32,000 bases of DNA from Microcystis aeruginosa NIES-2549 (GTDB taxonomy: Bacteria; Cyanobacteriota; Cyanobacteriia; Cyanobacteriales; Microcystaceae): positions 690,001 through 722,000 of the forward strand of contig NZ_CP011304.1 in the NCBI RefSeq assembly GCF_000981785.2, read 5' to 3'. Positions 8,981-18,127 of this stretch are shown here, one piece after another. The notes under the pieces are model-generated. The model worked only from the letters and a program-made list of their open reading frames with translations, ran no database searches and had not been told where the DNA came from. The position numbers and the translations under genes were made by a program. The number at the start of each line of letters is the position of its first letter. Within the stretch, counting starts at the first letter, position 1.

Positions 8981-9353
8981 TTAAATGTCGGCATTCCTCC
9001 CCCGTTACACTTATATGGTTAGCGGGGGAGGAATGCCGACCAGTATAAAACGCGCGTAGCGCATCAACGCTAAATATGTTATGCTTCACTCTGGTGAGTT
9101 TTCTGGAACCGTGGAACAATTCCTGACTCTAGTAGTAAAGCTTCAAGTGGGTAGCGAACAGCAACAATTGTTGTCCGATACCTGTTCTGCTTTTGCGTCG
9201 GCTTGTAACTGGATTAACGAGAACGTCAACCCCCGGCTGACTAACCGGAACTCAATTCAGGCTGTCTGTTATCAGGACGTTAAGGATCGGTTCGGACTGA
9301 CGGCTAACCACGTTGTCAGAGCTTGCGGTCGGGTGGCGGCTAGTGGTTTCTGA
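8981..9353 (+). pseudogene. remnant of an IS200/IS605-family element: left-end hairpin plus about 90 N-terminal codons of a TnpB-like gene
   Basis: The 9081-9353 ORF (…VKLQVGSEQQQLLSDTCSAFASACNWINE…YQDVKDRFGLTANHVVRACGRVAA) looks like a TnpB/OrfB N-terminal domain. It stops long before any RuvC or Zn-finger region. A perfect 18-bp-stem hairpin lies at 8987-9040 (GTCGGCATTCCTCCCCCG…CGGGGGAGGAATGCCGAC). The flanks AATGTCGGC…GCCGACCAGTATAAAAC resemble the left end of the intact element at 18219-18271. Confidence 0.6.
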
Positions 9354-9460
9354 AAACCCCTTTTGACTTGACTGACCGATAATTTAATAAAATCTCTGTG
9401 ACTGCAATAAATGCCAAATATTGGGAGTACAGAACAGAGAAATTGGCACGGGTTAAAGCT

Positions 9461-10183
9461 ATGCGTTTTTATTTAGGGGACATCAATCACCTAGTCCGTT
9501 TACAAAAAAAATCCGCTCGGTTGGTTCGACAAGCAGGTTTCACGATTACAGAAGTTTTACTGGCAAGTTCGATGATGGTGATTGTCATCTCGGTGGCGGG
9601 AGATGCAGTGATTAACCTGCTCAGAAGTAACTATCGAGCTAATGCTGGTGCTGAAATCGAAAATAATCTTAATCGTACTCTAGAGTTTGTTTCAGATGAA
9701 GTGAGACGAGCAAGAATTATCGCTGACAAAGAAGCTGATATCGTGACGACTCAAGTACCCACAGGAGCGCGAGCAGTTCTTGCTTTCCAAATTCCTAATC
9801 CCAACAATCCAGGTCAGACCCTCCCCAACCAGATCGTTTACTATACCAAAGGCCCTGAAAATAGCTTAACCGGTCCGCGAGTCTTGTGGCGCTACGGTCC
9901 AGACTTGGACGCTAACGGCAACTATAATATTAATTCTTGGCAACATTCCCCTGTCACCGATAGGTTAGCAGCGGCTGCTAGTAACCCCAATTGTCCCACG
10001 GGTTTTACCCGAATCCCCGCCAATCCTGCCGATGTGGACGATTTTTATGCCTGTGTTCGCAACGGTGGTCGTCAAGTGATTTTGAATGCCAACGCTGAGG
10101 TAAATCTGACCACTGGAGATACCGATAAAGATAAAGTTAACTACTCTGTCAGCACCAGAGTTTCCCCTAGAGCTACCGATTAA
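9461..10183 (+). CDS. prepilin-type N-terminal cleavage/methylation domain protein (minor pilin or pseudopilin-like)
   Basis: A G/FTITE motif is followed by a hydrophobic helix (QAGFTITEVLLASSMMVIVISVAG). The track ORF starts at 9398 (GTG); ATG 9461 gives a conventional short leader. Confidence 0.7.
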   Translation: MRFYLGDINHLVRLQKKSARLVRQAGFTITEVLLASSMMVIVISVAGDAVINLLRSNYRANAGAEIENNLNRTLEFVSDEVRRARIIADKEADIVTTQVPTGARAVLAFQIPNPNNPGQTLPNQIVYYTKGPENSLTGPRVLWRYGPDLDANGNYNINSWQHSPVTDRLAAAASNPNCPTGFTRIPANPADVDDFYACVRNGGRQVILNANAEVNLTTGDTDKDKVNYSVSTRVSPRATD

Positions 10184-10238
10184 ATATTTTTCCTCCTCAT
10201 GAGGTTAAATAGAGAAGGATGATCCCGGTCCAAAAAAT

Positions 10239-11759
10239 CTAACTTAAACAGCGAATTGCCTCCAATAAACCCCTGGCTTTGTTGAGGGTTTCTTCATACT
10301 CTTTCTCCGGCTCAGAATCAGCTACTAACCCCGCTCCCGCTTGCACAGAAACCAGATAATTTTGATTACCCTGGGGACGAACAATCATAGTGCGAATCGT
10401 GATGGCACTATTTAACTGTCCCTCGAAATCGTAGTAACCATAAACCCCTGAATAGGGACCGCGACGACAGGGTTCTAATTCATGAATAATTTCCATGGCG
10501 CGAATTTTCGGGGCCCCACTGACGGTTCCCGCCGGAAAACAAGCTTTTAATAAATCCCAAGCAGTTTTATTGGTTGCTAAATCCCCGACCACATTACTAA
10601 CAATGTGCATAACGTGGGAATAACGTTCAATTATCATTAATTCATCCACTTTGACCGTACCTCGATCGCAGACTCGACCCAGATCATTTCTCCCCAAATC
10701 CACTAACATAATATGCTCGGCAATTTCTTTGGGATCTTGCAATAAATCCGTGGCTAAAGCTTGATCTTCACTGAAGTTTTGTCCCCGGCGACGGGTGCCA
10801 GCAATTGGTCTGACAGTGGCCCTTATTTTACCTAATTCATCCCGTTCTGCCTTAACCATCACTTCAGGACTAGAGCCAATAATCTGCCAATCCTTAAAGT
10901 TATAAAAAGCCATGTAGGGAGAAGGATTAATCAGACGCAGGGAACGATATAAATCGAAAGGATTACCCTGATAATTGGCATTTAAACGCTGGGAAATAAC
11001 CACCTGAAAAATATCCCCCGCTTTGATGTAATCCTTAGCTTTTAGGACATTTTGACAGAATTTTTCCTGAGTTGTATTGCTTTCATAGACTAATTCTTTC
11101 CCGTGACCAACCGGTAATAATTCCAGAGTTTTGGCATTAGTTGGTAGGGGTAATCGTAACTTCAGAACTAACTGGGTCACTCGATCGCAGGCCGCTTGAT
11201 AAGCAGCTGCGAAATCGGGATTGTCACCCCGGATATCGGCATAAGCTATCGCCCAGATTTTCCGTTTAACTTGATCGAAAATAATCAGATTATCCACCTG
11301 CATCCAAATACCATCTGGTAGATCGGCATCGGTAGCGGGATAAATAGGCACTCGCGGTTCGATCCAATTAATTAATTCATAACCCCAAAAACCAAATAAA
11401 CCCCCTATTCCTGCGGGTAATTGCGGCAATTTAACCGGCACAATCGGGGCTAAACATTGAGTTAAAATCTCGAAAGGATCCCCCGAAAAAATCTCTTGAG
11501 AACCATCGCGAAAAGTTTGGGTGGTGGTGTTTCCCCGCGCTTCTAATACCCAGACGGGATCGCCTCCTAAAAAGCTGTAGCGTCCCAAGGTTTCGCCACC
11601 TTCCACCGACTCTAATAAAAAATTGTAGGCCTGATTGGCACAAATTTTATACCAGGCCGAAACCGGCGTTTCTAGGTCAGCGATCCATTCTTGATAGACA
11701 GGAATAAAGTTACCTTGACCGGCGAGTTGACGAAAGCGATCGAAGTCGGGGAAGATCAT
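10239..11759 (-). CDS. trpE: anthranilate synthase component I
   Basis: 506 aa with a chorismate-binding domain. The LLESVEGGE, GDIFQVV, SPYMF-like (SPYMAFY), GTVSGAPK and GAGLVADS motifs are typical of TrpE. Confidence 0.9.
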   Translation of the reverse strand: MIFPDFDRFRQLAGQGNFIPVYQEWIADLETPVSAWYKICANQAYNFLLESVEGGETLGRYSFLGGDPVWVLEARGNTTTQTFRDGSQEIFSGDPFEILTQCLAPIVPVKLPQLPAGIGGLFGFWGYELINWIEPRVPIYPATDADLPDGIWMQVDNLIIFDQVKRKIWAIAYADIRGDNPDFAAAYQAACDRVTQLVLKLRLPLPTNAKTLELLPVGHGKELVYESNTTQEKFCQNVLKAKDYIKAGDIFQVVISQRLNANYQGNPFDLYRSLRLINPSPYMAFYNFKDWQIIGSSPEVMVKAERDELGKIRATVRPIAGTRRRGQNFSEDQALATDLLQDPKEIAEHIMLVDLGRNDLGRVCDRGTVKVDELMIIERYSHVMHIVSNVVGDLATNKTAWDLLKACFPAGTVSGAPKIRAMEIIHELEPCRRGPYSGVYGYYDFEGQLNSAITIRTMIVRPQGNQNYLVSVQAGAGLVADSEPEKEYEETLNKARGLLEAIRCLS

Positions 11760-11816
11760 ATTTTGATGGTTCAGGAAACGGATAGCACAACACTTGTAGC
11801 CGATTGCGATCAGAGA

Positions 11817-11882
11817 AATCGAGAGTCAGAAGTTAAATCTTAGGGCCAAATAGCTTCTAAATCTAACTCCCCACTCTCGATT
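11817..11882 (-). terminator. candidate long hairpin between the psaD stop and the trpE start
   Basis: A 10-bp perfect inverted repeat, AATCGAGAGT (11817-11826) / ACTCTCGATT (11873-11882). On the minus strand the 3' arm is followed by TCTCT. The position fits a psaD terminator or insulator. Confidence 0.35.
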
Positions 11883-11893
11883 TTAGGGTTTAT

Positions 11894-12319
11894 TTATGCT
11901 TCGTAGGGAGTGACACCAGAGAACTTAATTGTCGCCGGTTCGGGGTTTTTGCCGATATTGCGGTCTTTTTTGCCGAAAAATTCACGACCAGCGTTAACTT
12001 TTTCGGGGAAGACACCATCAGCAGGGTGGAGATACTGCACTTCACCACTGGGGTAAATCCGATAGATTTTGTAATCTTCGATTTTGGGTTTGAATTTCGT
12101 CCGGAATTGGGTACCAAGAGCGAGCGCGTGTTCTTTGCGGGCCAAATAGAGGAGATTTTCGCCTTCGTTCATGATAGCGGCGCCACCGGTGGGCATTTCA
12201 AAGACTTGTTCTTTGCTGCTTGTCCAGGTGATGGCGTATTTTTCTTCCAGATCAGCTTTGGCGAGTAAACCGCCCGTGCTGCCACCGAACTTAGGAGCTT
12301 TTCCAGAAAGTTCTGTCAT
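11894..12319 (-). CDS. psaD: photosystem I reaction centre subunit II (PsaD)
   Basis: 141 aa. [31 protein letters not shown] and [24 protein letters not shown] are unmistakably PsaD. Confidence 0.95.
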   Translation of the reverse strand: MTELSGKAPKFGGSTGGLLAKADLEEKYAITWTSSKEQVFEMPTGGAAIMNEGENLLYLARKEHALALGTQFRTKFKPKIEDYKIYRIYPSGEVQYLHPADGVFPEKVNAGREFFGKKDRNIGKNPEPATIKFSGVTPYEA

Positions 12320-12487
12320 AGGATTTTGTTCTCTCTACAAAAATAAAGAAAAGGGGTTTTAGGGAATCCTATCACTGACACCCCCTCTCTCTAGTAGTTT
12401 TGTCAAGAACTGTAACATTATTTTGTACTAGACTATAGAACTAAGCTGCTGGCCGATCGCCAACTGGTCTAGGAATCGACCACCACT

Positions 12488-14125
12488 TTAATCGATCGCC
12501 CGTCGGGAAATTTGCCAACTCAAAAAAATTACCGGAATTAATCCCACTAGGACAATGGCTAGGGCCGGGGCCGCCGCTTCCACCAAACGTTCATCACTGG
12601 CGTATTGATAAACGCGCACCGCTAGGGTATCAAAATTAAAAGGTCTTAGGACCAAAGTAGCCGGTAATTCCTTCATCACATCGACAAAAACTAACATAGC
12701 CGCCGTCAATAATCCCCCCGACAAAAGAGGAATATGCACTTTAATTAAAGTGGCACCAGTGCCATAGCCAAGACTGCGGGAAGCATCATCTAAACTAGGT
12801 TTAATTTTACTTAAACTCGATTCTAATGTGGAAAAAGCTACGGCTAAAAACCGGACAATATAGGCAAAAATAACCGAAAAAATCGTGCCGCTCAGAATTA
12901 AATTGATATTTAATCCTTGATTGAAAAAGTTATCTAATTTGCCGAGAGGAATTAAAACCCCCACCGCGATAACAATGCCGGGGATAGCGTAACCAGCGGC
13001 GGCAATCCGCACAGAAAGCTTAAGAGTTTTATTCGGATTAAGTCTTTCCCCGTAGGCGAGAATTAAAGCTAAAACTACCGCAATAATTGCGCTTAAACTA
13101 GCCAGAAAAAAACTGTTTACCGATAAACTAAAAAAGTCATTATTAAAAGTTTCTTGGGCATGATTAAAGGCTAGATAGGCCAGATAGAAAGCGGGGGCAA
13201 TAAAACCCAGAAATACTGGCAAAAAACAGGAGATTATTGCCAAAAAACTGCGAACAAATCCTAGTTCGTACTTAGTCGGTGACTGGAAACGATTGGTCAT
13301 TTCATAGTAACGAGCTTGACGACGGGAGGATTGTTCAAGGAAAACTAAAACGAGGATAAATATCATTAAAACTGTTGATAACTGCCCCGCCGCTATGCGA
13401 TCGCCCATACCGAACCAAGTATTATAAATCCCCGTGGTAAAAGCATTAATTCCGAAATACTGCACCGTACCAAAATCGTTCAGAGTTTCCATTAAAGCTA
13501 GGGCCAATCCCGCCATAATTGCCGGTCTTGCTAGGGGTAAAGCGACGGTAAAAAAACCGCGCCAAGGATTACATCCCAAGGAGCGACTTGCCTCCACCGT
13601 GCAGACAGATTGTTCTAAAAAACCGACCCTTGCTAACAGATAAACGTAGGGATAAAGCACCAGTATTAACATCAGAATCCCCCCCCAGAGAGAACGGATA
13701 TTAGGAAACCAATAATCCTCGACACTATCCCAAGCGAAAACAATTCTTAAGAACGTCTGCACCGGACCAAAATAGTCCATCATATTGGTATAAGTATAGG
13801 CCAAGAGATAGGCAGGAGCGGCAAGGGGTAGTAATAATAACCATTGAAATTGTTGACGACCGGGAAATTGACACATCGTTGTTAACCAAGCGGTGCCGAC
13901 ACCGATGATTAAAACGCCGCTGCCCACCCCGCACATCAACCAAAAAGAATTAACTAGATAATCCCAGAGAACAGTTTCGAGCAGATGTTGCCAGACTTGA
14001 CTGGAATTAGTTAATAAACTACTGGCCACCGATAAAATTGGCAGGGAAACAAGCAGGGCAATTAGTAAAACTGCAATTGTCCATCCCTGTCTAAAAAAAG
14101 AGCGAGATTCTTTCAGCAAAAACAT
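12488..14125 (-). CDS. futB: iron(III) ABC transporter permease, fused double-domain (FutB/FbpB/HitB type)
   Basis: 545 aa with about 12 TM segments and two BPD-transporter EAA-like loops (EASRSLGCNPW and DASRSLGYG). The architecture matches Synechocystis FutB as I recall it. Confidence 0.75.
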   Translation of the reverse strand: MFLLKESRSFFRQGWTIAVLLIALLVSLPILSVASSLLTNSSQVWQHLLETVLWDYLVNSFWLMCGVGSGVLIIGVGTAWLTTMCQFPGRQQFQWLLLLPLAAPAYLLAYTYTNMMDYFGPVQTFLRIVFAWDSVEDYWFPNIRSLWGGILMLILVLYPYVYLLARVGFLEQSVCTVEASRSLGCNPWRGFFTVALPLARPAIMAGLALALMETLNDFGTVQYFGINAFTTGIYNTWFGMGDRIAAGQLSTVLMIFILVLVFLEQSSRRQARYYEMTNRFQSPTKYELGFVRSFLAIISCFLPVFLGFIAPAFYLAYLAFNHAQETFNNDFFSLSVNSFFLASLSAIIAVVLALILAYGERLNPNKTLKLSVRIAAAGYAIPGIVIAVGVLIPLGKLDNFFNQGLNINLILSGTIFSVIFAYIVRFLAVAFSTLESSLSKIKPSLDDASRSLGYGTGATLIKVHIPLLSGGLLTAAMLVFVDVMKELPATLVLRPFNFDTLAVRVYQYASDERLVEAAAPALAIVLVGLIPVIFLSWQISRRAID

Positions 14126-14190
14126 TTTTAATAAAATTGTTAAAGCAATTTGTAGAGAACGGTCTAGTTATGCCTTCTTCGCTTGTGAGG

Positions 14191-14724
14191 TCAACTTACA
14201 GCCAGCAGTTCATTAAGCTTGTTTTTCAGATTTGGCGATGTCATCAGCGGGTTGTAAACTTCTCCTGCGTAAGGTTGCCAAACATAACTAGGGCTAAAGG
14301 AGCGAAATACTGGCAATATTCCTAGCTCGCCTGCAAGTGGTTTCGCTAAAACCAGTCCTGGGATAGATAGATTGGATGATTCTTCGATAAGCTCAGTGTA
14401 TGTTCTAAATTCATCGACTTCAACACCAACCAGTGCATAACGGAAGGTGGGGGCAAATCGTAGGGACTGATAGAGTAAAATACCTAACTCTGTCATTGAA
14501 TAGGCACTTTCAGGGCTGTCTATTCCCACTTCGCTAAGATTATTTGGTGAAACGCGACACCACCAATTTTCTTCTATGTCTTGGAATGTGTCTGTGCGAC
14601 ATTGGCACTGGCGACCATTTGACAGCAACAATGACATTCCCTGAAAATGTTGAGCAAATTTATCGGCCTTGCTCTCATCAGAACCACATTCTGCGGATAA
14701 ACTAAATATCCATGCCATTTTCAT
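14191..14724 (-). CDS. hypothetical protein, 177 aa, no recognisable motif
   Basis: ATG start with AGGAG 3 nt upstream, 23 nt downstream of the preceding 68-codon ORF on the same strand. It appears soluble, with no TM segment. Confidence 0.55.
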   Translation of the reverse strand: MKMAWIFSLSAECGSDESKADKFAQHFQGMSLLLSNGRQCQCRTDTFQDIEENWWCRVSPNNLSEVGIDSPESAYSMTELGILLYQSLRFAPTFRYALVGVEVDEFRTYTELIEESSNLSIPGLVLAKPLAGELGILPVFRSFSPSYVWQPYAGEVYNPLMTSPNLKNKLNELLAVS

Positions 14725-14747
14725 AGACTCCTATTGTGTGTATGCCA

Positions 14748-14954
14748 CTAATCCACCTTTTCCCAATATTTTTGGGTCTTTGCCAATGCCGCTTCGTACC
14801 TTTCTAGAGCCATTGTAACTCTTGGCATGATGCTAACGTGGGTTGGGCTATCTTGGACAGCCTGTAAATCTCCTGTAATAATGCTGTCATCAATCTGCCA
14901 CAAAGGATCTTTGCCCATGCCGCCAAATTTTGGCTGTAACTGCTCACTTTTCAC
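14748..14954 (-). CDS. hypothetical small protein, 68 aa (GTG start; an ATG at codon 13 is also possible)
   Basis: Purine-rich AGGGGGTGAGGAG lies immediately upstream of the GTG. The ORF is 41 nt downstream of the PIN gene on the same strand. I recognise no motif. Confidence 0.45.
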   Translation of the reverse strand: MKSEQLQPKFGGMGKDPLWQIDDSIITGDLQAVQDSPTHVSIMPRVTMALERYEAALAKTQKYWEKVD

Positions 14955-14995
14955 TCCTCACCCCCTCACGAACCAAAAAGCCTGTAAACTTGATT

Positions 14996-15436
14996 TTATA
15001 AGGTGGATTTGCTATTATTTGGCTCTTGCAAGCGATGCAAGCACTCCTGAACTGATAACACAGGTACCGATGAATTCAAAAACCCTTGATTATCTCGGGT
15101 CAAGATAGCATCAAGTCCTTGAGCTACAGCACAAGCAACCTGAATCCCATCCTCATAATCAGCCAAACCTGAACTAAACGCTACCTCTAGAACCTCCCGG
15201 TTTACAGGGCAGATTTCCATTGCTGTCAATGTCTCTGAAACTGCTTGCCGTGCTTGCTCAATACTGCGCGTGTGTCTTCGAGCAATGTAAAAAATGTCCG
15301 TGAGGGTTGTGGCTGTGACATACCCGACGATCTGACCGGAATCGATCGCCTGAAATAGTCGTTCTGCATCTTGGAAAAATAGCTCTCTCTGCAATAGAAA
15401 ATCTAGGAGAACATTAGTATCAATTAAAACTCTCAC
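14996..15436 (-). CDS. PIN-domain ribonuclease toxin (VapC-like)
   Basis: 146 aa. The N-terminus MRVLIDTNVLLDFLL carries the PIN acidic Asp. Further conserved acidic and Thr positions are present (TATTLTDI, DYEDG, ILTRD). The GTG start overlaps the upstream gene's stop by 1 nt (TAGTG). Confidence 0.8.
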   Translation of the reverse strand: MRVLIDTNVLLDFLLQRELFFQDAERLFQAIDSGQIVGYVTATTLTDIFYIARRHTRSIEQARQAVSETLTAMEICPVNREVLEVAFSSGLADYEDGIQVACAVAQGLDAILTRDNQGFLNSSVPVLSVQECLHRLQEPNNSKSTL

Positions 15437-15669
15437 TAAAGGTATTTCTCCAGCCGACGCTCTTCCAACATGGCAGCTACTTCTTGGTCGGTTGGTGCAA
15501 GTTGGTCTGTTTTGAGTAAGCCACGCATCCGTTGAATTGCACCAGCACGATCAGGTCTAGCAATTGGGGTACTCTGCAAGGACTCAATAATGGCGCTAAC
15601 CAGCGCAAGTCGCTCGCTCGGTGATAGCTTAACCGCTTCTTCCTTTAGGTCTTGTAGTAACATAGACAT
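15436..15669 (-). CDS. antitoxin-like small protein ('addiction module component' type)
   Basis: 77 aa. The N-terminal LKEEAVKLSPSERLALVSAIIESL helix resembles the putative addiction-module-component family as I recall it. It is translationally coupled to the PIN gene. Confidence 0.65.
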   Translation of the reverse strand: MSMLLQDLKEEAVKLSPSERLALVSAIIESLQSTPIARPDRAGAIQRMRGLLKTDQLAPTDQEVAAMLEERRLEKYL

Positions 15670-15843
15670 TCCTTGGGGCTGAATATTCTGGAATTTCTTA
15701 AAAATAATTATAACCCTGATTTATGATCAGGGCTGTAGGGCGAGTTAGCAACAACGTAACCCGGGGAATATCAGGAAATTGATGGTGCGTTACACGAGAA
15801 AAAATTAGTTAATCAATAGGACTAGGTCATTGGTTCCTAAAAA

Positions 15844-16653
15844 TTAGGATTTCTCGAACAGTTTGCGGTAGTCAAACACGCGAATGAGCGTCCCTTTTTT
15901 GGGTAAATCGGCGGCACGAATCCGTAATTTATTGTCCTCGATCAAACGGATATTTTTATCCTTGACTAACTTGAGAAACTCATCTACAGACACCAATTCA
16001 CAGGCATTTTTATCGGCGGCACCGGTAAAGTATTGCGTCGGGACAACAATTCGCGGTTGTAAAACTTCGATCGCCTGTTTTGCTTCTTGAGGATTATAAT
16101 TTTTTGGACCCCCTCCCACGGGAATAAAAGCTAAATCCGGGGAACCTAGCAGAATTCTTTGTTCTAATTCGATTGGGGCCGCTGCCCCTCCTAAATGGAC
16201 AATACTAATCCCTGCTTGGGTCCAACGCCAGGCCACATTCATGCCGAAACGTTGCCCACCCATGCGATCATGGGCGATACTAATGCCCTGGAATTTTAAT
16301 TTACCCAGATCATAGGCCCCCGGATCAAACAAAATTTTCGGATTACCTGGTAAACCCTCGGCGGCCCCTTCATCCCAGAGTTGACTACTAATTAAAACGA
16401 TATCTGCTTCTACTTTTGGCAAAGGAAAACCCGCCGTACAACCGATCGCCCGGAAGGGATTAACGAGGACTCTTTGCCCTCCTCCGGTGAATAAAAAGCA
16501 ACTATGACCCAACCATTGAACTAAGAGGGAATTATCGGGTTTTTGGGGGGAAGTGGGGTTAGTGGGTTTCGGTTTAGTTTCCGCTAAAACTGAGCTTACT
16601 GCCACGGTTAAGAAACTTGCCCCCGCCGATAAGATAAAATCTCGCCTTTTCAT
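15844..16653 (-). CDS. MBL-fold metallo-hydrolase with a twin-arginine (Tat) signal peptide
   Basis: MKRRDFILSAGASFLTVA is a Tat-type leader. WLGHSCF and later His/Asp positions fit the metallo-beta-lactamase fold. The track ORF begins at TTG 16677; ATG 16653 is preferred. Confidence 0.75.
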   Translation of the reverse strand: MKRRDFILSAGASFLTVAVSSVLAETKPKPTNPTSPQKPDNSLLVQWLGHSCFLFTGGGQRVLVNPFRAIGCTAGFPLPKVEADIVLISSQLWDEGAAEGLPGNPKILFDPGAYDLGKLKFQGISIAHDRMGGQRFGMNVAWRWTQAGISIVHLGGAAAPIELEQRILLGSPDLAFIPVGGGPKNYNPQEAKQAIEVLQPRIVVPTQYFTGAADKNACELVSVDEFLKLVKDKNIRLIEDNKLRIRAADLPKKGTLIRVFDYRKLFEKS

Positions 16654-16699
16654 AAATGTAGATGCAGAATTAATCAAGTTAAGTAGGGAGGCACAATTA

Positions 16700-16950
16700 T
16701 TTGTCGGATGGGTTAGCGGTAGCGTAACATGAGCGGGTGTTGGGTTTCATGCTTCAACCCAACCTACGTTCATCTTCTATTTAATTCCACCCACCCACTT
16801 AAGGTTAATTTCAGGGGTTGGGGATTATTGACACTCCCATCGCTAAAAGCGAGGGATTCTTGGTTCACTGACTCAAGTTGTCTTGACAGGTATTGCTACC
16901 AACCAAGATAGAGCTTAAATCTCCCCAAGCGTTTAGGTCTGACGACCAGC
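16700..16950 (-). ncRNA. predicted omega RNA (reRNA) / right-end region of the TnpB element; boundaries not determined
   Basis: By analogy with characterised TnpB loci, the guide RNA scaffold overlaps the tnpB 3' end and the right end of the element. The hairpin CCCTCGCT-ttt-AGCGA(T)GGG lies directly after the stop. A second hairpin, GTTGGGTT-9nt-AACCCAAC, lies at about 16738-16762. There is no direct evidence of transcription. Confidence 0.3.
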
Positions 16951-18070
16951 TTCCGATATGCCCTATCGTAGCTTTTTTGAGTATATTCAAGGCCGCCATT
17001 TTGTCTCTATCTTCCACATATCCGCAGGAACAAACATGAGTTCTAACTGATAGAGACTTTTGGATTAACCGACCACAATTAAGGCATTCTTGACTGGTAT
17101 AGGCGGGATTAACTGCAATAGTTAATCTGCCGTATTTAATGCCAAAATACTCAATCCATTTTCTCAATTGTGACCAACCAGCATCATTGATACTCTTAGC
17201 TAGTTTTCGATTACGCACAAGGTTCTTGACTTTTAAATCTTCATATGCTATCAAGTCGTTTGACTGAATTAAACGGAGTGCCAATTTTTTAGCAAACTCT
17301 TCTCGTTGCCTACTTACTTTTAAGTGTCCCTTGGCGTATTTTTGACTAGCTTTTTTGTAGTTATTAGACTGCTTTTGTCCTCTCTTAAACTTTTTCGACT
17401 TTCTTCTATTCAGTTTATTAAGACGCTTTTCGGCTTTTCGATAATACTTAGGAGGCTCTACTGTATTCCCGTTGCTGTCAGCATAAAGATATTTTAACCC
17501 CATATCTAATCCTACGCAATGACCCGTCGATTCTGATTGTGGGGTTATATCTCTAGCATCGAGTTTTAGCATTAACTGGCAATAATATCCATCAGCCCTT
17601 TTAACTATTCTTATCCGTTGAATTTGCCATTCTTGAAAATAAAACAAGTCTCGACTACCAATTAGTTTTAACTCCCCAATGTTTTTTCCGTCAGTGAAAG
17701 TTATTCTCTTGGAATTTCGATTAAGTTTCCAACCTGACTTTTTAAACTCAACAGAATGAGTACGTTTAGAGTATTTAGGATATCCTTTCTTACCAGCAAT
17801 TTTGTTCTTACAGTTATTATAGAACCTAAGAATAGCAGTCCAAGTCCGTTCGCAAGCCTGTTGACAAGCTGTAGAGTTAAGGTCTTGAACAAAAGGGTAT
17901 TGACTTCTTAATTGAGTGACATATTTATATACATCCTTTTGTCCTACACCTTTATTGTCTTCCCAATATCTAAGACATTTATTCCGAACAAACTGTACTG
18001 TCCGAATAGCCTCATCAATGGCTTGATATTGAGATGGTTTTCCTCTAAGCTTGTACTCTAAAACAAACAT
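16865..18070 (-). CDS. tnpB: TnpB (IS605 OrfB-family RNA-guided endonuclease), apparently intact
   Basis: 401 aa. The RuvC triad candidates are D in VGLDMG, E in IAYEDLKVKN and D in VEDRDKMAALN. A Zn finger CLNCG…CSCG lies between the last two. Confidence 0.9.
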   Translation of the reverse strand: MFVLEYKLRGKPSQYQAIDEAIRTVQFVRNKCLRYWEDNKGVGQKDVYKYVTQLRSQYPFVQDLNSTACQQACERTWTAILRFYNNCKNKIAGKKGYPKYSKRTHSVEFKKSGWKLNRNSKRITFTDGKNIGELKLIGSRDLFYFQEWQIQRIRIVKRADGYYCQLMLKLDARDITPQSESTGHCVGLDMGLKYLYADSNGNTVEPPKYYRKAEKRLNKLNRRKSKKFKRGQKQSNNYKKASQKYAKGHLKVSRQREEFAKKLALRLIQSNDLIAYEDLKVKNLVRNRKLAKSINDAGWSQLRKWIEYFGIKYGRLTIAVNPAYTSQECLNCGRLIQKSLSVRTHVCSCGYVEDRDKMAALNILKKATIGHIGSWSSDLNAWGDLSSILVGSNTCQDNLSQ

Positions 18071-18098
18071 TTTGCGTTATCGACCTACTACGCAAACT

Positions 18099-18127
18099 AT
18101 TCTAGCATACTAAAATTAAATTGGCAA
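18099..18127 (-). promoter_or_regulatory. sigma70-type promoter candidate for tnpB
   Basis: On the minus strand: TTGCCA (18127-18122), 17 nt, TAGAAT (18104-18099), about 30 nt upstream of the ATG. Confidence 0.45.

Noticed and set aside
11890-12362. Track ORFs 11890-12117 (-), 12026-12268 (+) and 12171-12362 (+)
   Set aside because: They all overlap the unmistakable psaD coding sequence in other frames or on the other strand.
14952-14962. An ACTCCTCAC motif reminiscent of the conserved single-stranded core of cyanobacterial Yfr1 sRNA
   Set aside because: It is simply the complement of the purine-rich ribosome-binding region and GTG start of the 68-codon ORF on the other strand. There are no flanking Yfr1-type stem-loops.
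14126-15843. Absence of perfect HIP1 (GCGATCGC) sites as evidence that the TA-containing cassette is foreign
   Set aside because: By eye I find only roughly a dozen perfect HIP1 sites in the whole 32 kb, and none in the 3.1-kb RND gene either. Zero sites in 1.6 kb is therefore not informative. GC content also looks similar to the flanks.
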